Source: Pseudomonadota bacterium (GTDB lineage: Bacteria > Desulfobacterota > Binatia > Binatales > Binataceae). From it: a stretch of 64,000 nt of DNA. Where the stretch lies: assembly GCA_021324885.1 (NCBI GenBank), contig JAJPIF010000022.1, positions 198,659 to 262,658 of the forward strand. The letters run 5' to 3'. Made by a program: the position numbers and the translations under genes. Shown one piece after another: positions 40,024 through 49,299 of the stretch. Each line of letters begins with the position of its first letter. Positions within the stretch are counted from its first letter, which is position 1. The notes under the pieces are model-generated. The model worked only from the letters and a program-made list of their open reading frames with translations. It was not told where the DNA came from and ran no database searches.

Positions 40024-40959
40024 CTATTCACTCGCGGCTCCCCCGCCGGGCAGGACCGCGGGAGGCGCTGGGGCGTGGCCGGTAGCACTACGGTGGCCGT
40101 CGATAAAGTTAACGATCTGGTGATCGGTGCCGTTGCGGATCACTTCGATCACCTTGGGACGCTCGAGCGGACGCGAACGCCTGGCCACGCGGACCTGCGC
40201 CGTCTGCCCGACGCTCGGTACCGGAGCTACCGGAGCGCCCAGCAGCAGCGGAATACTCACGCCACTGGTGGCGGCCTGTTCGTGGTCAGTGAAATTGCGC
40301 ATCGACAGCGTCAGGGTGCCCAGGCGGCTGGCGGCGGCCAGGCGCTCGGACTGAGAGGGAGAGACCAGCAGGGTCACTACCTTCGCTTCATGGGGCTGAT
40401 CGGGACCGGATTCGAGATTTTGGGCGACCGCCAGGACCGTGATGTCCTGCAGCACGATCTTGCTGATTTGACCAATTGGAAGACCCTCGTTGGCGGGCCC
40501 GCCGCTAACTGGGACTGAAACCAGCACATCGACGTGCGAGTGAGGCAGCACGAAGCCGGAAAGGTCGCTTACGTCATCCACCGCGATCGCCATCGCGCGC
40601 ATCCCAGGCGGGATTAGCAGCGGCAGCACTCCGCCGGTCTTCTCCGGCTCCAGCACCGCTTGCGCCACAATCGGCTGGTTGACGCTGATTGACTGCTTGA
40701 CGATTCTGCCGGTTACCGTCTGAAAATCGGTAAAGGCGCCGGGCGGCGCGTCGTCACGCGGCCACGAAGCCATCCTCAGGCTGGACGCGTCGATCGTGTC
40801 GCCGGGACTCAAGGCGTGCGCCGCCACCACGATGCGCACCGTATTCAGTTTCAGGGCCGCAATCTTTGCTTCTTTGCTCTTAAGTGCATTGTGCACCAGA
40901 AGCGCGCCAGTCAGTCCCAGCACCGCGGTGAACAGAAAAAAAAGCAACCGGCGGCTCAT
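40024..40959 (-). CDS. cpaB: Flp pilus assembly protein CpaB/RcpC (SAF domain)
   Basis: N-terminal TM anchor, SAF domain, CpaB family length (311 aa). Confidence 0.8.
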   Translation of the reverse strand: MSRRLLFFLFTAVLGLTGALLVHNALKSKEAKIAALKLNTVRIVVAAHALSPGDTIDASSLRMASWPRDDAPPGAFTDFQTVTGRIVKQSISVNQPIVAQAVLEPEKTGGVLPLLIPPGMRAMAIAVDDVSDLSGFVLPHSHVDVLVSVPVSGGPANEGLPIGQISKIVLQDITVLAVAQNLESGPDQPHEAKVVTLLVSPSQSERLAAASRLGTLTLSMRNFTDHEQAATSGVSIPLLLGAPVAPVPSVGQTAQVRVARRSRPLERPKVIEVIRNGTDHQIVNFIDGHRSATGHAPAPPAVLPGGGAASE

Positions 40960-41204
40960 CTCGATCGACCACCTAACGGCAATTGCGCCCCATGCTCCGG
41001 CACCCGGCGCGATCTACTCGCATGCACGCCCTTCCCGACCGAACCAACGAAATGAAGGCGGCAGTCGTGATCGTGCGAGTTCCGGATTTGGTCTGATATG
41101 TAACAGATGCCCAGTCGGTCGCGTAGTTAGCAATTCACCTGCAGCTACCCTGAGGGCGTAAATTAGTGAATCGTTCAGTACTGTCCCATGCGCCAGATTC
41201 TCGG

Positions 41205-41483
41205 CTAGTCTCTACCATTCTTGATACGCCCTGTTCGTAGCAGGCCCCCGACCAATGCTACTGAAGCTTCGGCTGCGATTTTAAAGGATTTGACGTGCGC
41301 CCGATCATACTTCGCCGGCTCGCACTGGCATAAATCCTTCCCCCTCTTCCAATCGCAGCCGCGCGAGAGACTACCAACATGCCCGACGTTGTTGACCAGA
41401 GTTACTATGGTCGTATCCAGCGTGCTGTAGGCAACAATCGCTACGATCGCGATGGCCGCCAGGATCAGTATGCATTGCGTCAT
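41205..41483 (-). pseudogene. degenerate Flp pilin paralog (leader interrupted by in-frame TAA; conserved Glu/Tyr replaced)
   Basis: DNA and protein alignment with the canonical flp 190 bp upstream: ...EGESGRTMTQCILILAAIAIVAIVAY... versus ...NESGQTMTEYALILAAIAIVAVVAY.... An upstream ATG-GTC-GAA-TAA lies in the same frame. Has a 59-aa C-terminal extension. Confidence 0.55.
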
Positions 41484-41670
41484 GGTCCGGCCGCTTTCGC
41501 CCTCGACAGCTTGAGATTATTCGACCATTTTGCCAGCATCCGATTTTTATCCAGGAAAAGAACAGTTGCGCGAACCCCCGCGATCCAGAGCAGGATCGCA
41601 GCCTGCGATGTCTCCGCATTGAAGGGTGACACCGCCCCGCAATCCTGCTCTCTTCTCGCGATGACTCCGT

Positions 41671-41847
41671 CTACAGGCACGCTACCACCTTGTTGACCAG
41701 ATCGACGATGGTGCTGCCGAGCGTGGTGTAGGCGACGACCGCGACGATCGCAATCGCGGCAAGAATCAAAGCATACTCGGTCATGGTTTGGCCGCTTTCA
41801 TTCTTGTTGCGGCCGGTTGCAATGTGCCTGGTTAGTTGGGTTAACAT
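41671..41847 (-). CDS. flp: Flp/Fap family type IVb prepilin (58 aa)
   Basis: Not in ORF track (below length cutoff). MLTQLTRHIATGRNKNESG|QTMTEYALILAAIAIVAVVAYTTLGSTIVDLVNKVVACL, with canonical G/XXXXEY prepilin-peptidase motif and hydrophobic core. GGAGGG RBS 6 nt upstream of ATG. Confidence 0.85.
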   Translation of the reverse strand: MLTQLTRHIATGRNKNESGQTMTEYALILAAIAIVAVVAYTTLGSTIVDLVNKVVACL

Positions 41848-41895
41848 CGATTTCCCTCCTTAAGGGTGGCTGAAAGACTTCGTTATCCAGCAAGA

Positions 41896-41910
41896 GCAAC
41901 CGATGTGCCA
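41896..41910 (-). promoter_or_regulatory. sigma-54 (RpoN) -24/-12 promoter driving flp
   Basis: Minus-strand TGGCAC-ATCGG-TTGC (plus strand GCAACCGATGTGCCA) with exact consensus spacing; predicted TSS about 37 nt upstream of flp ATG. Confidence 0.6.
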
Positions 41911-42374
41911 GGACTGCATATCCCATCGACCATCACAATTTCCCGAGCCAAATAGCTGGAATTCATACTAACCTTTCGAATCCCAGGCTTCCAAGATGGG
42001 GATCAACAACTTCACTCTGAGTCGGACCGATACAGAGATGGGGTCAGTCACTTAGCGTTTTAGTCTTGTTTATCTTTGAAGTGTACAGATGGGTTCTGAC
42101 GATGCTAAACGACACGCTTTCGAGTCCGCGTCACCGCCGGCAATAATTTACCACTAACTGTCTTGTCTGAAAGTGAACAAGCTCGTGGGCTAATATCGTA
42201 TTGTGAACCGTTGTGGCTCAGCCCGATCATTTGGAATTATGATTCCATCATGTTCAGTTCTGAATGAGAAGCCTTTGAGGCTGGCACGCCATAAAACAAA
42301 GGTGCTGTTGCCATGGCGTTGCCTACTGATAGCCGGCTGCAACCCAGTAATGTCATTGTCATGGAGGAAGCCCG

Positions 42375-42770
42375 GTGTCGGTCGATCTATTGATTGTCGA
42401 TGATTCACCATTCGCGCGAAAGTTAATACGCCATCATCTGGAGCGCTATGGATGCCGCGTGGTAGGTGAGGCTGAAAACGGCGCTCAGGCTGTCGCCATG
42501 TTCCGACAGCTCCATCCGGATTTGGTGACACTCGATCTAATGATGCCGGCGGTGGATGGTATCGACAGCGTGGCAGCTTTTCGTACGATGCGCGCGGAAA
42601 ATCCGCGTGCCGCAATCTTGGTCGTGAGTGCGATTCCGTTTGACAAGACTCGTGACACGCTTTTGGCCGAAGGGGCGATCGGTTACGTCGTAAAGCCGTT
42701 TACCAAATATTCTTTGAACCATGTGCGGATGCGATTAGGACGCATCTTTCCGGAGCTCCACCTGTACTAA
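42375..42770 (+). CDS. single-domain response regulator (CheY-like REC)
   Basis: DD pair (LIVDDS), phospho-acceptor Asp (TLDLMMP), conserved Thr/Lys; GTG start with GGAGGAAG RBS. Confidence 0.85.
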   Translation: MSVDLLIVDDSPFARKLIRHHLERYGCRVVGEAENGAQAVAMFRQLHPDLVTLDLMMPAVDGIDSVAAFRTMRAENPRAAILVVSAIPFDKTRDTLLAEGAIGYVVKPFTKYSLNHVRMRLGRIFPELHLY

Positions 42771-42790
42771 CGGGAGGTGTAAAACCGTCG

Positions 42791-44296
42791 GTGGATCAAT
42801 CCGGCAGTGTGCGCGTGGAGGCCGATCGGATGGGATCGCACCGGGCGCTGGCGCTGCTTGCGTTAATTGCGGCGGCTGCCGCGGCCTATTGCTGGGGGCT
42901 GGGAAGGCCTCCGCTGGCAGCCAGCGAAGCTTACAGCGCGTTGGCGGCGGCGCAGCCCTCGATCAAATTGGTCGCGCGCATGGCCCTGGCGACGGATCCG
43001 GGCAAGCCGTTGCTTTATCACCTGATGCTGCATTGGTTTGGCGGCCGATTCGGCTTTGGAGAAACGGCATTGCGCGCCCCTTCCGTGGTTTTCGGGTTGG
43101 CGGCAGTTTATCTCGTCTTTGCCTTGGGCGATGAGTTGTTTGGGTTCGAGACCGGCCTGGCGGCGTCAGTTTTGTGGGCTTTCAATCCGTTGGCGGCGGT
43201 GCTGGCGCGGTGGGCGCGGATGTACAGCATGCTGAGCGCGACGGCCCTGGGGCATATGTGGGCGATGCAGAAGGTACGACGCGGCGGCGGGGCGTGCTGG
43301 ATGGTGATGGCGGGTTTGCTGGGCGGCGCGATGTTGTATGTGCATCTGGGCGGCCTGTTGATCCTGGGCGCTGACGTGGCCGTGATCGTGCGCGAGCTGC
43401 GCCGGGGCCAGTACCGTTGTCTGGTGCCGGTGCTAATCGCGGTGGGCTTATTCGTGCCGTTCGCGCCGCTTCTGATCGCGCAAAGCCGGACGCTGTTGTT
43501 TGGTCATTGGCTGGACTGGCTGGGCGCCAGACTGGCGTTTTCCACGACCATGATTTTGCCTGCGCTGCCCATCGCAGGCGCGATCTGGTGGCTGGCGTTT
43601 GGTTGTCCGGGGGCGGGCGAGCGCCGTGAAGGGCTTCAGCAATGCCTGCTCTACGGATTGTTGCCGATGTTGTCGCTGCTCCTGTGCTCAGTGCTGGTCC
43701 GACCTGCCTTCGAGGTGCGCTACGTGTGTCCCTCCATGGGAGTGCTTGCGATAGTGCTGGCCTATTTGCTTGATTGTGGCGGCCCGCGGCTTCGTAATCT
43801 TGTTACCGTTGGATTAGGCAGCTTTTTTATTTTCCTCCTGCCGTTGCTTTATAGTGCGCCGCGCGACCCATGGCGGGCGATCGCGGCGAAAGTTTCCGCC
43901 GCAGCCGCTCCCAACGAGCCAATCTTCTTTGAGTCCGGTTTTTTTTCAGCAGACGGCGCGGCCGATGGCGCCGGTGCAGGATTTCCACAGGGCTTCTTTC
44001 GCGTGCCCTTCGATTACTACTTCCGCGGCGAAAATCCGCGTGCCGCAATACCCGGTGCACAATCCGCGGCAGCACGGCGGATTATCCAGACGGCGGTCAT
44101 GCGGGCGGGTGGTGCATGGCTGGTGAGCGCCCAGAGATGGTCAGAAGCACAGTCGGAGCTCCCGGCAGGTTCACAACTGCGTCTTGACTATTCGGGCCGG
44201 TTCTCGAGAATTTCACTATTCCATATCAAGCTGACAGCGGCCCCTCGGGCGGCCCGGGGTGACAGTTTTACGACTTCGCGGGAGGGTTACCGATAA
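42791..44296 (+). CDS. GT-C fold membrane glycosyltransferase (PMT/ArnT-like, GT39/GT83 family)
   Basis: About 11 TM helices, N-terminal loop with DxD/E-like acidic motif region, family-typical YHLMLHWF... Exact start uncertain. Confidence 0.65.
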   Translation: MDQSGSVRVEADRMGSHRALALLALIAAAAAAYCWGLGRPPLAASEAYSALAAAQPSIKLVARMALATDPGKPLLYHLMLHWFGGRFGFGETALRAPSVVFGLAAVYLVFALGDELFGFETGLAASVLWAFNPLAAVLARWARMYSMLSATALGHMWAMQKVRRGGGACWMVMAGLLGGAMLYVHLGGLLILGADVAVIVRELRRGQYRCLVPVLIAVGLFVPFAPLLIAQSRTLLFGHWLDWLGARLAFSTTMILPALPIAGAIWWLAFGCPGAGERREGLQQCLLYGLLPMLSLLLCSVLVRPAFEVRYVCPSMGVLAIVLAYLLDCGGPRLRNLVTVGLGSFFIFLLPLLYSAPRDPWRAIAAKVSAAAAPNEPIFFESGFFSADGAADGAGAGFPQGFFRVPFDYYFRGENPRAAIPGAQSAAARRIIQTAVMRAGGAWLVSAQRWSEAQSELPAGSQLRLDYSGRFSRISLFHIKLTAAPRAARGDSFTTSREGYR

Positions 44297-44633
44297 TCTG
44301 ATCCAACGACGAGTTCACCCTGTTGCATTCGCAGGCCAGTTCGTCGATAAGGCGATCCGCCCCCCGGATTTGACCAGCCTTTGCCAGAGTTTCTATATCT
44401 ATACATCGGCGTTGCATTTCCCTGGCCCCGAAGGTGACGGCACTTCCTTTAAGCCGATGAGCGGCCATCGCCAGCGTTTTTGCGTCATCCTCACGATACG
44501 CCCGGAGCATCCGGCCCAGTTGTTCGGATATCTCCGCGGCGAAAAGATCTCTGAGTTCCACCAGCAGGGAACCCTCTTCCTGCAACGCCGCAACGACAGC
44601 AGCGTCAATCGCGGGTTCGTCGGTGTTCGACAA
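44268..44633 (-). CDS. Hpt (histidine phosphotransfer) domain protein
   Basis: AAHRLKGSAVTFGA motif with phospho-accepting His; 121 aa; convergent 29-bp overlap with glycosyltransferase 3' end. Confidence 0.75.
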   Translation of the reverse strand: MSNTDEPAIDAAVVAALQEEGSLLVELRDLFAAEISEQLGRMLRAYREDDAKTLAMAAHRLKGSAVTFGAREMQRRCIDIETLAKAGQIRGADRLIDELACECNRVNSSLDQIIGNPPAKS

Positions 44634-44917
44634 GATTCAAATCACCTCGCGAGATAAGATTCGGCCAAATCCTCACTACCTCAGTCAGGCGCCTGCAGAA
44701 AATTATCCAATCCGGCGCCTGCGCCTCTTCAACCCGTTAGCTGCACGGACCTCAAGCCGCTATTGTCACGCGACCATGCGACCCTTATAAGGTACTTGCG
44801 GCCTTTATGTTCATCCTACCTTTCGTGATTTTCGGTTTCCGATCATTTTTCTCTCCTAAGCTTCCACGCAGATGTCGTTTTGTTACCCGAATCATCTGCG
44901 GCAAGCCCCGGTCATTG

Positions 44918-46651
44918 ATGCCGATAGCGCTGCTCTGGATGGTTGCTGCAACCCACCCTGCGTCGGGAGCTAGCCGGTCCGATAGCGTCCTGTCGCAAAC
45001 GCTGGCGGATGCCGCAAGCTCCAACGGCGTCACCGCAGTATCGTCGCCGACCGCCGCTCAGCCCTCCCCTAAGGGCGAACTCAGCGCAATTATCGATAGC
45101 GGTAAGCTGCCCGGTATGCGCTGGCCCAATTTCAGCGATTATATACCGTCAGTTAAGAAATTCTACGAAACAGGCGGGTACGTGTTCGCCTGGACTTCCG
45201 CCGGCAGGCCCACACCACAGGCGATGGCGATGATTGGACAATTCAAACAAGCCCAATTCAAAGGCTTGAATCCCCCGGACTACGATGCGCCGCTTTGGGA
45301 CGCGCGCCTGGCCCGACTTGCCCCCGCCGTTGCTCAGCCCGCATTGACGGACCTGGTACGATTCGATCTTGCGATGACGGTTTCGTCGATGCGCTATGTG
45401 TCGGACCTCCATTTAGGCCGGATTAATCCGCGGCACTTCAAGTTCGGTCTAGGCGCCGGCGCGGAGAGGATCGATCTCGCGGATTTTCTGCGCAATCAGC
45501 TCCTGATCGCGCAGGACGTTCCCACCGTGATTGCTTCGGTGGAGCGCCAGCACGCCGGTTATCGACGCGCGGAAGCCGCCCTGGCGCATTATCTCAAGCT
45601 GGAAGCTGAGGGTGACGGCCCGCCGGTGCCGTCACCGGTGAGAAGCATCCGGCCCGGAGATACATTTTCCGGGATCCCGCCACTGGTTCAGCGTCTGCGC
45701 CAGCTTGGAGACCTGGATGCGGCGGGCGATCCGGTCCTTCAAGGCACGGTTTACCAAGGCGTGTTGGTTGACGCGGTAAAGCACTTTCAAGTCCGTCACG
45801 GTCTTGAGCCCGACGGAATTCTGGGGCGGGGGACAATCAGCGAACTTAACAAGCCGTTGAGGCTGCGCGTCATGCAACTCGACTTTGCGCTGGAGCGTTA
45901 TCGCTGGCTGCCGCCCGGATTTGCCCAGGCGCCCATCCTGATCAACATCCCGGAATTCCGCTTGCGCACTTTGCGGCGCGCCGAGGGTGGCTTCCTCACT
46001 ATGAAGGTGGTAGTGGGCAAGGCCTACCGGACCCAGACCCCGGTGTTTGCCGATCAGATGCGCTACGTGATATTCCGGCCGTACTGGAATGTGCCCAGTT
46101 CGATCGCGCGGGCCGAACTGATCCCGAAGATCGCGCGCGACCCGTCTTACCTGGCGGCCCATGGCTTCGAAGTGGTGAGCGGCAACCGGGTCATCACGGA
46201 CAGCGACGTGAGCGCGGAAGTGCTCAGCGGTCTGCGATCGGGCGCTTACCAGATCCGCCAGCGGCCGGGGCCGAAAAACGCCCTGGGTCTGGTAAAATTT
46301 GTCTTTCCCAACAGCTACAATGTTTACCTCCATGGCACGCCCGCAGTAAGTCTCTTTGCGCGCGCCCGGCGCGATTTCAGCCACGGCTGTATCCGTGTGG
46401 AGGACCCGGTGGCGTTGGCGGCATGGGTGCTGCGCAACAAACCGGGATGGACCGTTGAGCGCATCCGCGCCGCCATGAACGGGGATCGACCCGTCAAAGT
46501 CGATCTGGACAAACCTATTCCGGTACTGATTTTGTACAGTACCGCCGTGGTTGAGCCGGACGGCCAGGTGCGCTTTTTCAATGATATCTACGGTTACGAC
46601 AAAAAACTCCAGGAAGCGCTGGCCGCGGGCTATCCGTATCCGAGCCAGTAG
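44918..46651 (+). CDS. L,D-transpeptidase (YcbB/LdtD-like) with peptidoglycan-binding domain
   Basis: PG_binding_1 (..HFQVRHGLEPDGILGRGT..) and YkuD catalytic motif (..VYLHGTP..FSHGCIRV..). Start set at MPIALLW signal-like segment. Confidence 0.8.
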   Translation: MPIALLWMVAATHPASGASRSDSVLSQTLADAASSNGVTAVSSPTAAQPSPKGELSAIIDSGKLPGMRWPNFSDYIPSVKKFYETGGYVFAWTSAGRPTPQAMAMIGQFKQAQFKGLNPPDYDAPLWDARLARLAPAVAQPALTDLVRFDLAMTVSSMRYVSDLHLGRINPRHFKFGLGAGAERIDLADFLRNQLLIAQDVPTVIASVERQHAGYRRAEAALAHYLKLEAEGDGPPVPSPVRSIRPGDTFSGIPPLVQRLRQLGDLDAAGDPVLQGTVYQGVLVDAVKHFQVRHGLEPDGILGRGTISELNKPLRLRVMQLDFALERYRWLPPGFAQAPILINIPEFRLRTLRRAEGGFLTMKVVVGKAYRTQTPVFADQMRYVIFRPYWNVPSSIARAELIPKIARDPSYLAAHGFEVVSGNRVITDSDVSAEVLSGLRSGAYQIRQRPGPKNALGLVKFVFPNSYNVYLHGTPAVSLFARARRDFSHGCIRVEDPVALAAWVLRNKPGWTVERIRAAMNGDRPVKVDLDKPIPVLILYSTAVVEPDGQVRFFNDIYGYDKKLQEALAAGYPYPSQ

Positions 46652-47731
46652 CCCGTTCTGGGCCCGGCGCTGGGGGATTGTGCTTCGCCACGATCTTGAT
46701 GGACGCTGTCACCGGCGCCTGGTGGCTGGCGACTATCGTCAACAGTTTACGATTTGATTTGGGGATAAACGTTGATTTTGCGCTTGCGCTGGTATGCCCG
46801 CCATTGGACAATACCCTCACTTGAAGCATCGCTGTCGAACAGTTTGCGCCTGGCTGATTGTAGTTGGAGAGATTTGCTTTGTTTTTTCTACCCTGTTCAA
46901 AATGTGGACGGCGTGGCCGGCCTTGTTCATGGACGGTCATGCGATTTAAGCCCTGGTGCGGTCAATGCGGGCATAGCGCGGCCTGCCATGAAGCCCAAGG
47001 CTGGTGTCCTTCCTGTGTGATCCTGCTTGCGGTTGCTGCGATGCTGGTCGCTTCGCTGGCCCTGTTCGGCAACCCGCGTCATCCGGCCACGGCGGCCGCT
47101 GACGTGCCGGTTACCGCTGCAGCTCAAACCGCGGCTCGATAACTGATCGAGTCAGGCGGCGCGGTTCAGCCAGGCGGCAAAGAATTTCGGCCGGCGGGCC
47201 GGTTATCCGGCAGCAGCCATCGATAAATAATCGCCAGCACATACAGCGTAAACGACGTCGAAGTGAGCAAACCGCCGGTGGCGAGCGGCGGTTCTATCCA
47301 GGCGGTGGTGGCGCGGTTGCGGCGCAACTCGCGTTGGCCATCATCCAGAGCCGGTCCAGCGTGATCCGGTCAGCCCGGGCCGCCATGGCGCAGGTCGCTC
47401 TAAGCACCACTGCCGAGACCGATGCGATCAGGCTGCTGAGAACCAAGTCGATTTGCCGGGACTTCGAAAGCCGGGAATGCTCTTGAGGCGCCTGTGACCG
47501 CGTGTCCAATGTTGCGGTATAGCGCCTTCTTTCCAGCATGCGAGGCTCTATGAGCAAACCGCGGGCTAACGCGTTCCTAGTCGCTTAACCTGTCTAATAA
47601 AAAGATGCCGGCAAGACCAGAAGGTTGAAGCGCGGAATTTTTCCCCAAGTTCGAGATTCGCATTGCCCGAAGTGCCCCTAACTGCGGCGGGGTGTCGCTA
47701 TTAAGTCTGCTTTTTACGGGCATCTTATATC

Positions 47732-47746
47732 TGGCATGCGAATAGC
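47732..47746 (+). promoter_or_regulatory. possible sigma-54 -24/-12 element upstream of sensor kinase/NtrC operon
   Basis: TGGCATG-CGAA-TAGC with correct spacing, two mismatches to consensus. Confidence 0.3.
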
Positions 47747-47809
47747 TTATGCGCCGTGCGGTTTTTAAAGTCTGGGGTTATATCCCTTTGGGCGCTCTTT
47801 AGGACTAGA

Positions 47810-49282
47810 ATGCGCGAAATGAGGATCGGGACAAGGCTGGCAGTTGGCCTGCTTGCGGCGCTCACTCCCGTGGTCTCAGTCTATACCTATAATCGGGTTC
47901 GCACCGCGTCGAAGATTTTCGAGCAAGACCTCAAGCGTGAAACCCGGGCGAGCGAGTTGGCCCTTAATGCGGCGATTCGTCTGGATATTCAGCGCGCCGA
48001 GTGGAGCGACATCCATTCCGTTTTCCAGACTATTTGGAAAGAAGGAGTTGCGGTCGCGATATTGGATGGATCGGGGAGACTTTGGTATGCGCTGCCCGGT
48101 TTTCCCATCCAGTTGCCGCCGGGTCACGATATCGTCGCCCAGGTCAAGGCCCAAGGCAGCAGTGAGTTCACCCAGGAAGCCGGCGGGCGCTACTGGTTTT
48201 GCCGCATCGCACCAATGCGCGGGGAACCGCCGCTTGGCTATTTGCTGGTCGCGCAGGATTGGACTGAAGTCAGACACGATCTTTTCCGGCGGACGATGTC
48301 CTCGATTGCCGCCGGCGTAGTGGTCGTGGTCCTGACCGCAGTGTTGATTCTACTGGTCGCGCGCAGGTATGTGTCTTTGCCGCTGGCTGAACTGTCACGC
48401 CGAGTAAGCAGTCTCTCCTCGGGCGAGGAAATAGAACGTGAGCAGGCCGGAGATGAAGTCACTCTGATTACCGAGGAGTTTAGAAAGCTCGCGCGGCAGT
48501 TGAGTGTAGCGCGGCGGCGGCTGCTGGACGAAAGCGAACGCAAACTCGAGCTGGAACGTCGGCTGCGCCATTCGGACAAGCTGGCCACGATCGGCACCCT
48601 GGCCTCCGGGCTGGCGCACGAAATCGGCACGCCGCTGGGCGTCATCCGCGGCCGTGCGGAACACCTTTTGCGCAGCAGGCCTGACGAAACCAGGCTTAAC
48701 CAGGGGCTGGAAATCATTATTCAGCAGATCGACCGGATCACTCGGATCGTCCGGATGCTGCTGGATTTCGGCCGCCGGCGCGAACCGCTCAGGGTAACCA
48801 GCGACGTACGCACCATCGTCCAGCGCACCCTGCATCTGCTGGAAACCGAGGCCGAACGCCGCAACATACGTCTAATCAGCGAGCTGGGCCCTGAACCGCT
48901 GCTGGTTGATTGCGACGTTGATCAACTGCAGCAGGTATTCGTTAATTTGGGCATGAACGCGCTCGATGCGATGGCGCAGTCGGGTGGGACATTGCGGGTC
49001 AGCGGGCGGCGCGTACTGGAGGCAGGCCGCCCGTGCGTGCGTCTGCGGTTCCAGGATGAAGGTCCCGGAATTGAGGACGAATTCCGGGATCGGGTTTTCG
49101 ATCCCTTCTTTACGACCAAGGATCCGGGCAAAGGCACTGGCATGGGCCTGGCCGTCAGCCAGTCCATCGTGCGCGATCACGACGGGGAAATCACGCTTGA
49201 GTCGCAGCCACAAGGGGCATGCTTCGTGGTGACCCTGGCAGTTTCCCCGCGGTCCGAAAACACCCTGGCAGCGAGCGCGTAG
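47810..49282 (+). CDS. sensor histidine kinase (NtrB-like; two TM helices, HisKA plus HATPase_c)
   Basis: H-box ...[13 protein letters not shown]..., N/G1/G2 boxes. Start could be GTG 47756 or ATG 47810. Confidence 0.8.
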   Translation: MREMRIGTRLAVGLLAALTPVVSVYTYNRVRTASKIFEQDLKRETRASELALNAAIRLDIQRAEWSDIHSVFQTIWKEGVAVAILDGSGRLWYALPGFPIQLPPGHDIVAQVKAQGSSEFTQEAGGRYWFCRIAPMRGEPPLGYLLVAQDWTEVRHDLFRRTMSSIAAGVVVVVLTAVLILLVARRYVSLPLAELSRRVSSLSSGEEIEREQAGDEVTLITEEFRKLARQLSVARRRLLDESERKLELERRLRHSDKLATIGTLASGLAHEIGTPLGVIRGRAEHLLRSRPDETRLNQGLEIIIQQIDRITRIVRMLLDFGRRREPLRVTSDVRTIVQRTLHLLETEAERRNIRLISELGPEPLLVDCDVDQLQQVFVNLGMNALDAMAQSGGTLRVSGRRVLEAGRPCVRLRFQDEGPGIEDEFRDRVFDPFFTTKDPGKGTGMGLAVSQSIVRDHDGEITLESQPQGACFVVTLAVSPRSENTLAASA

Positions 49283-49299
49283 GATGGCGGGCGTTGGAT

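Noticed and set aside
42203-42403. 66-aa ORF in the flp upstream region overlapping the REC gene start
   Set aside because: No RBS, overlaps predicted sigma-54 enhancer/promoter region and REC start; probably non-coding
47294-47557. 87-aa minus ORF whose ..SRQIDLVLSSLIASVSAVVL segment resembles the N-terminus of bacterial sugar transferases, with hydrophobic out-of-frame continuation
   Set aside because: Resemblance too short and the following residues do not match the family; cannot distinguish a gene remnant from chance
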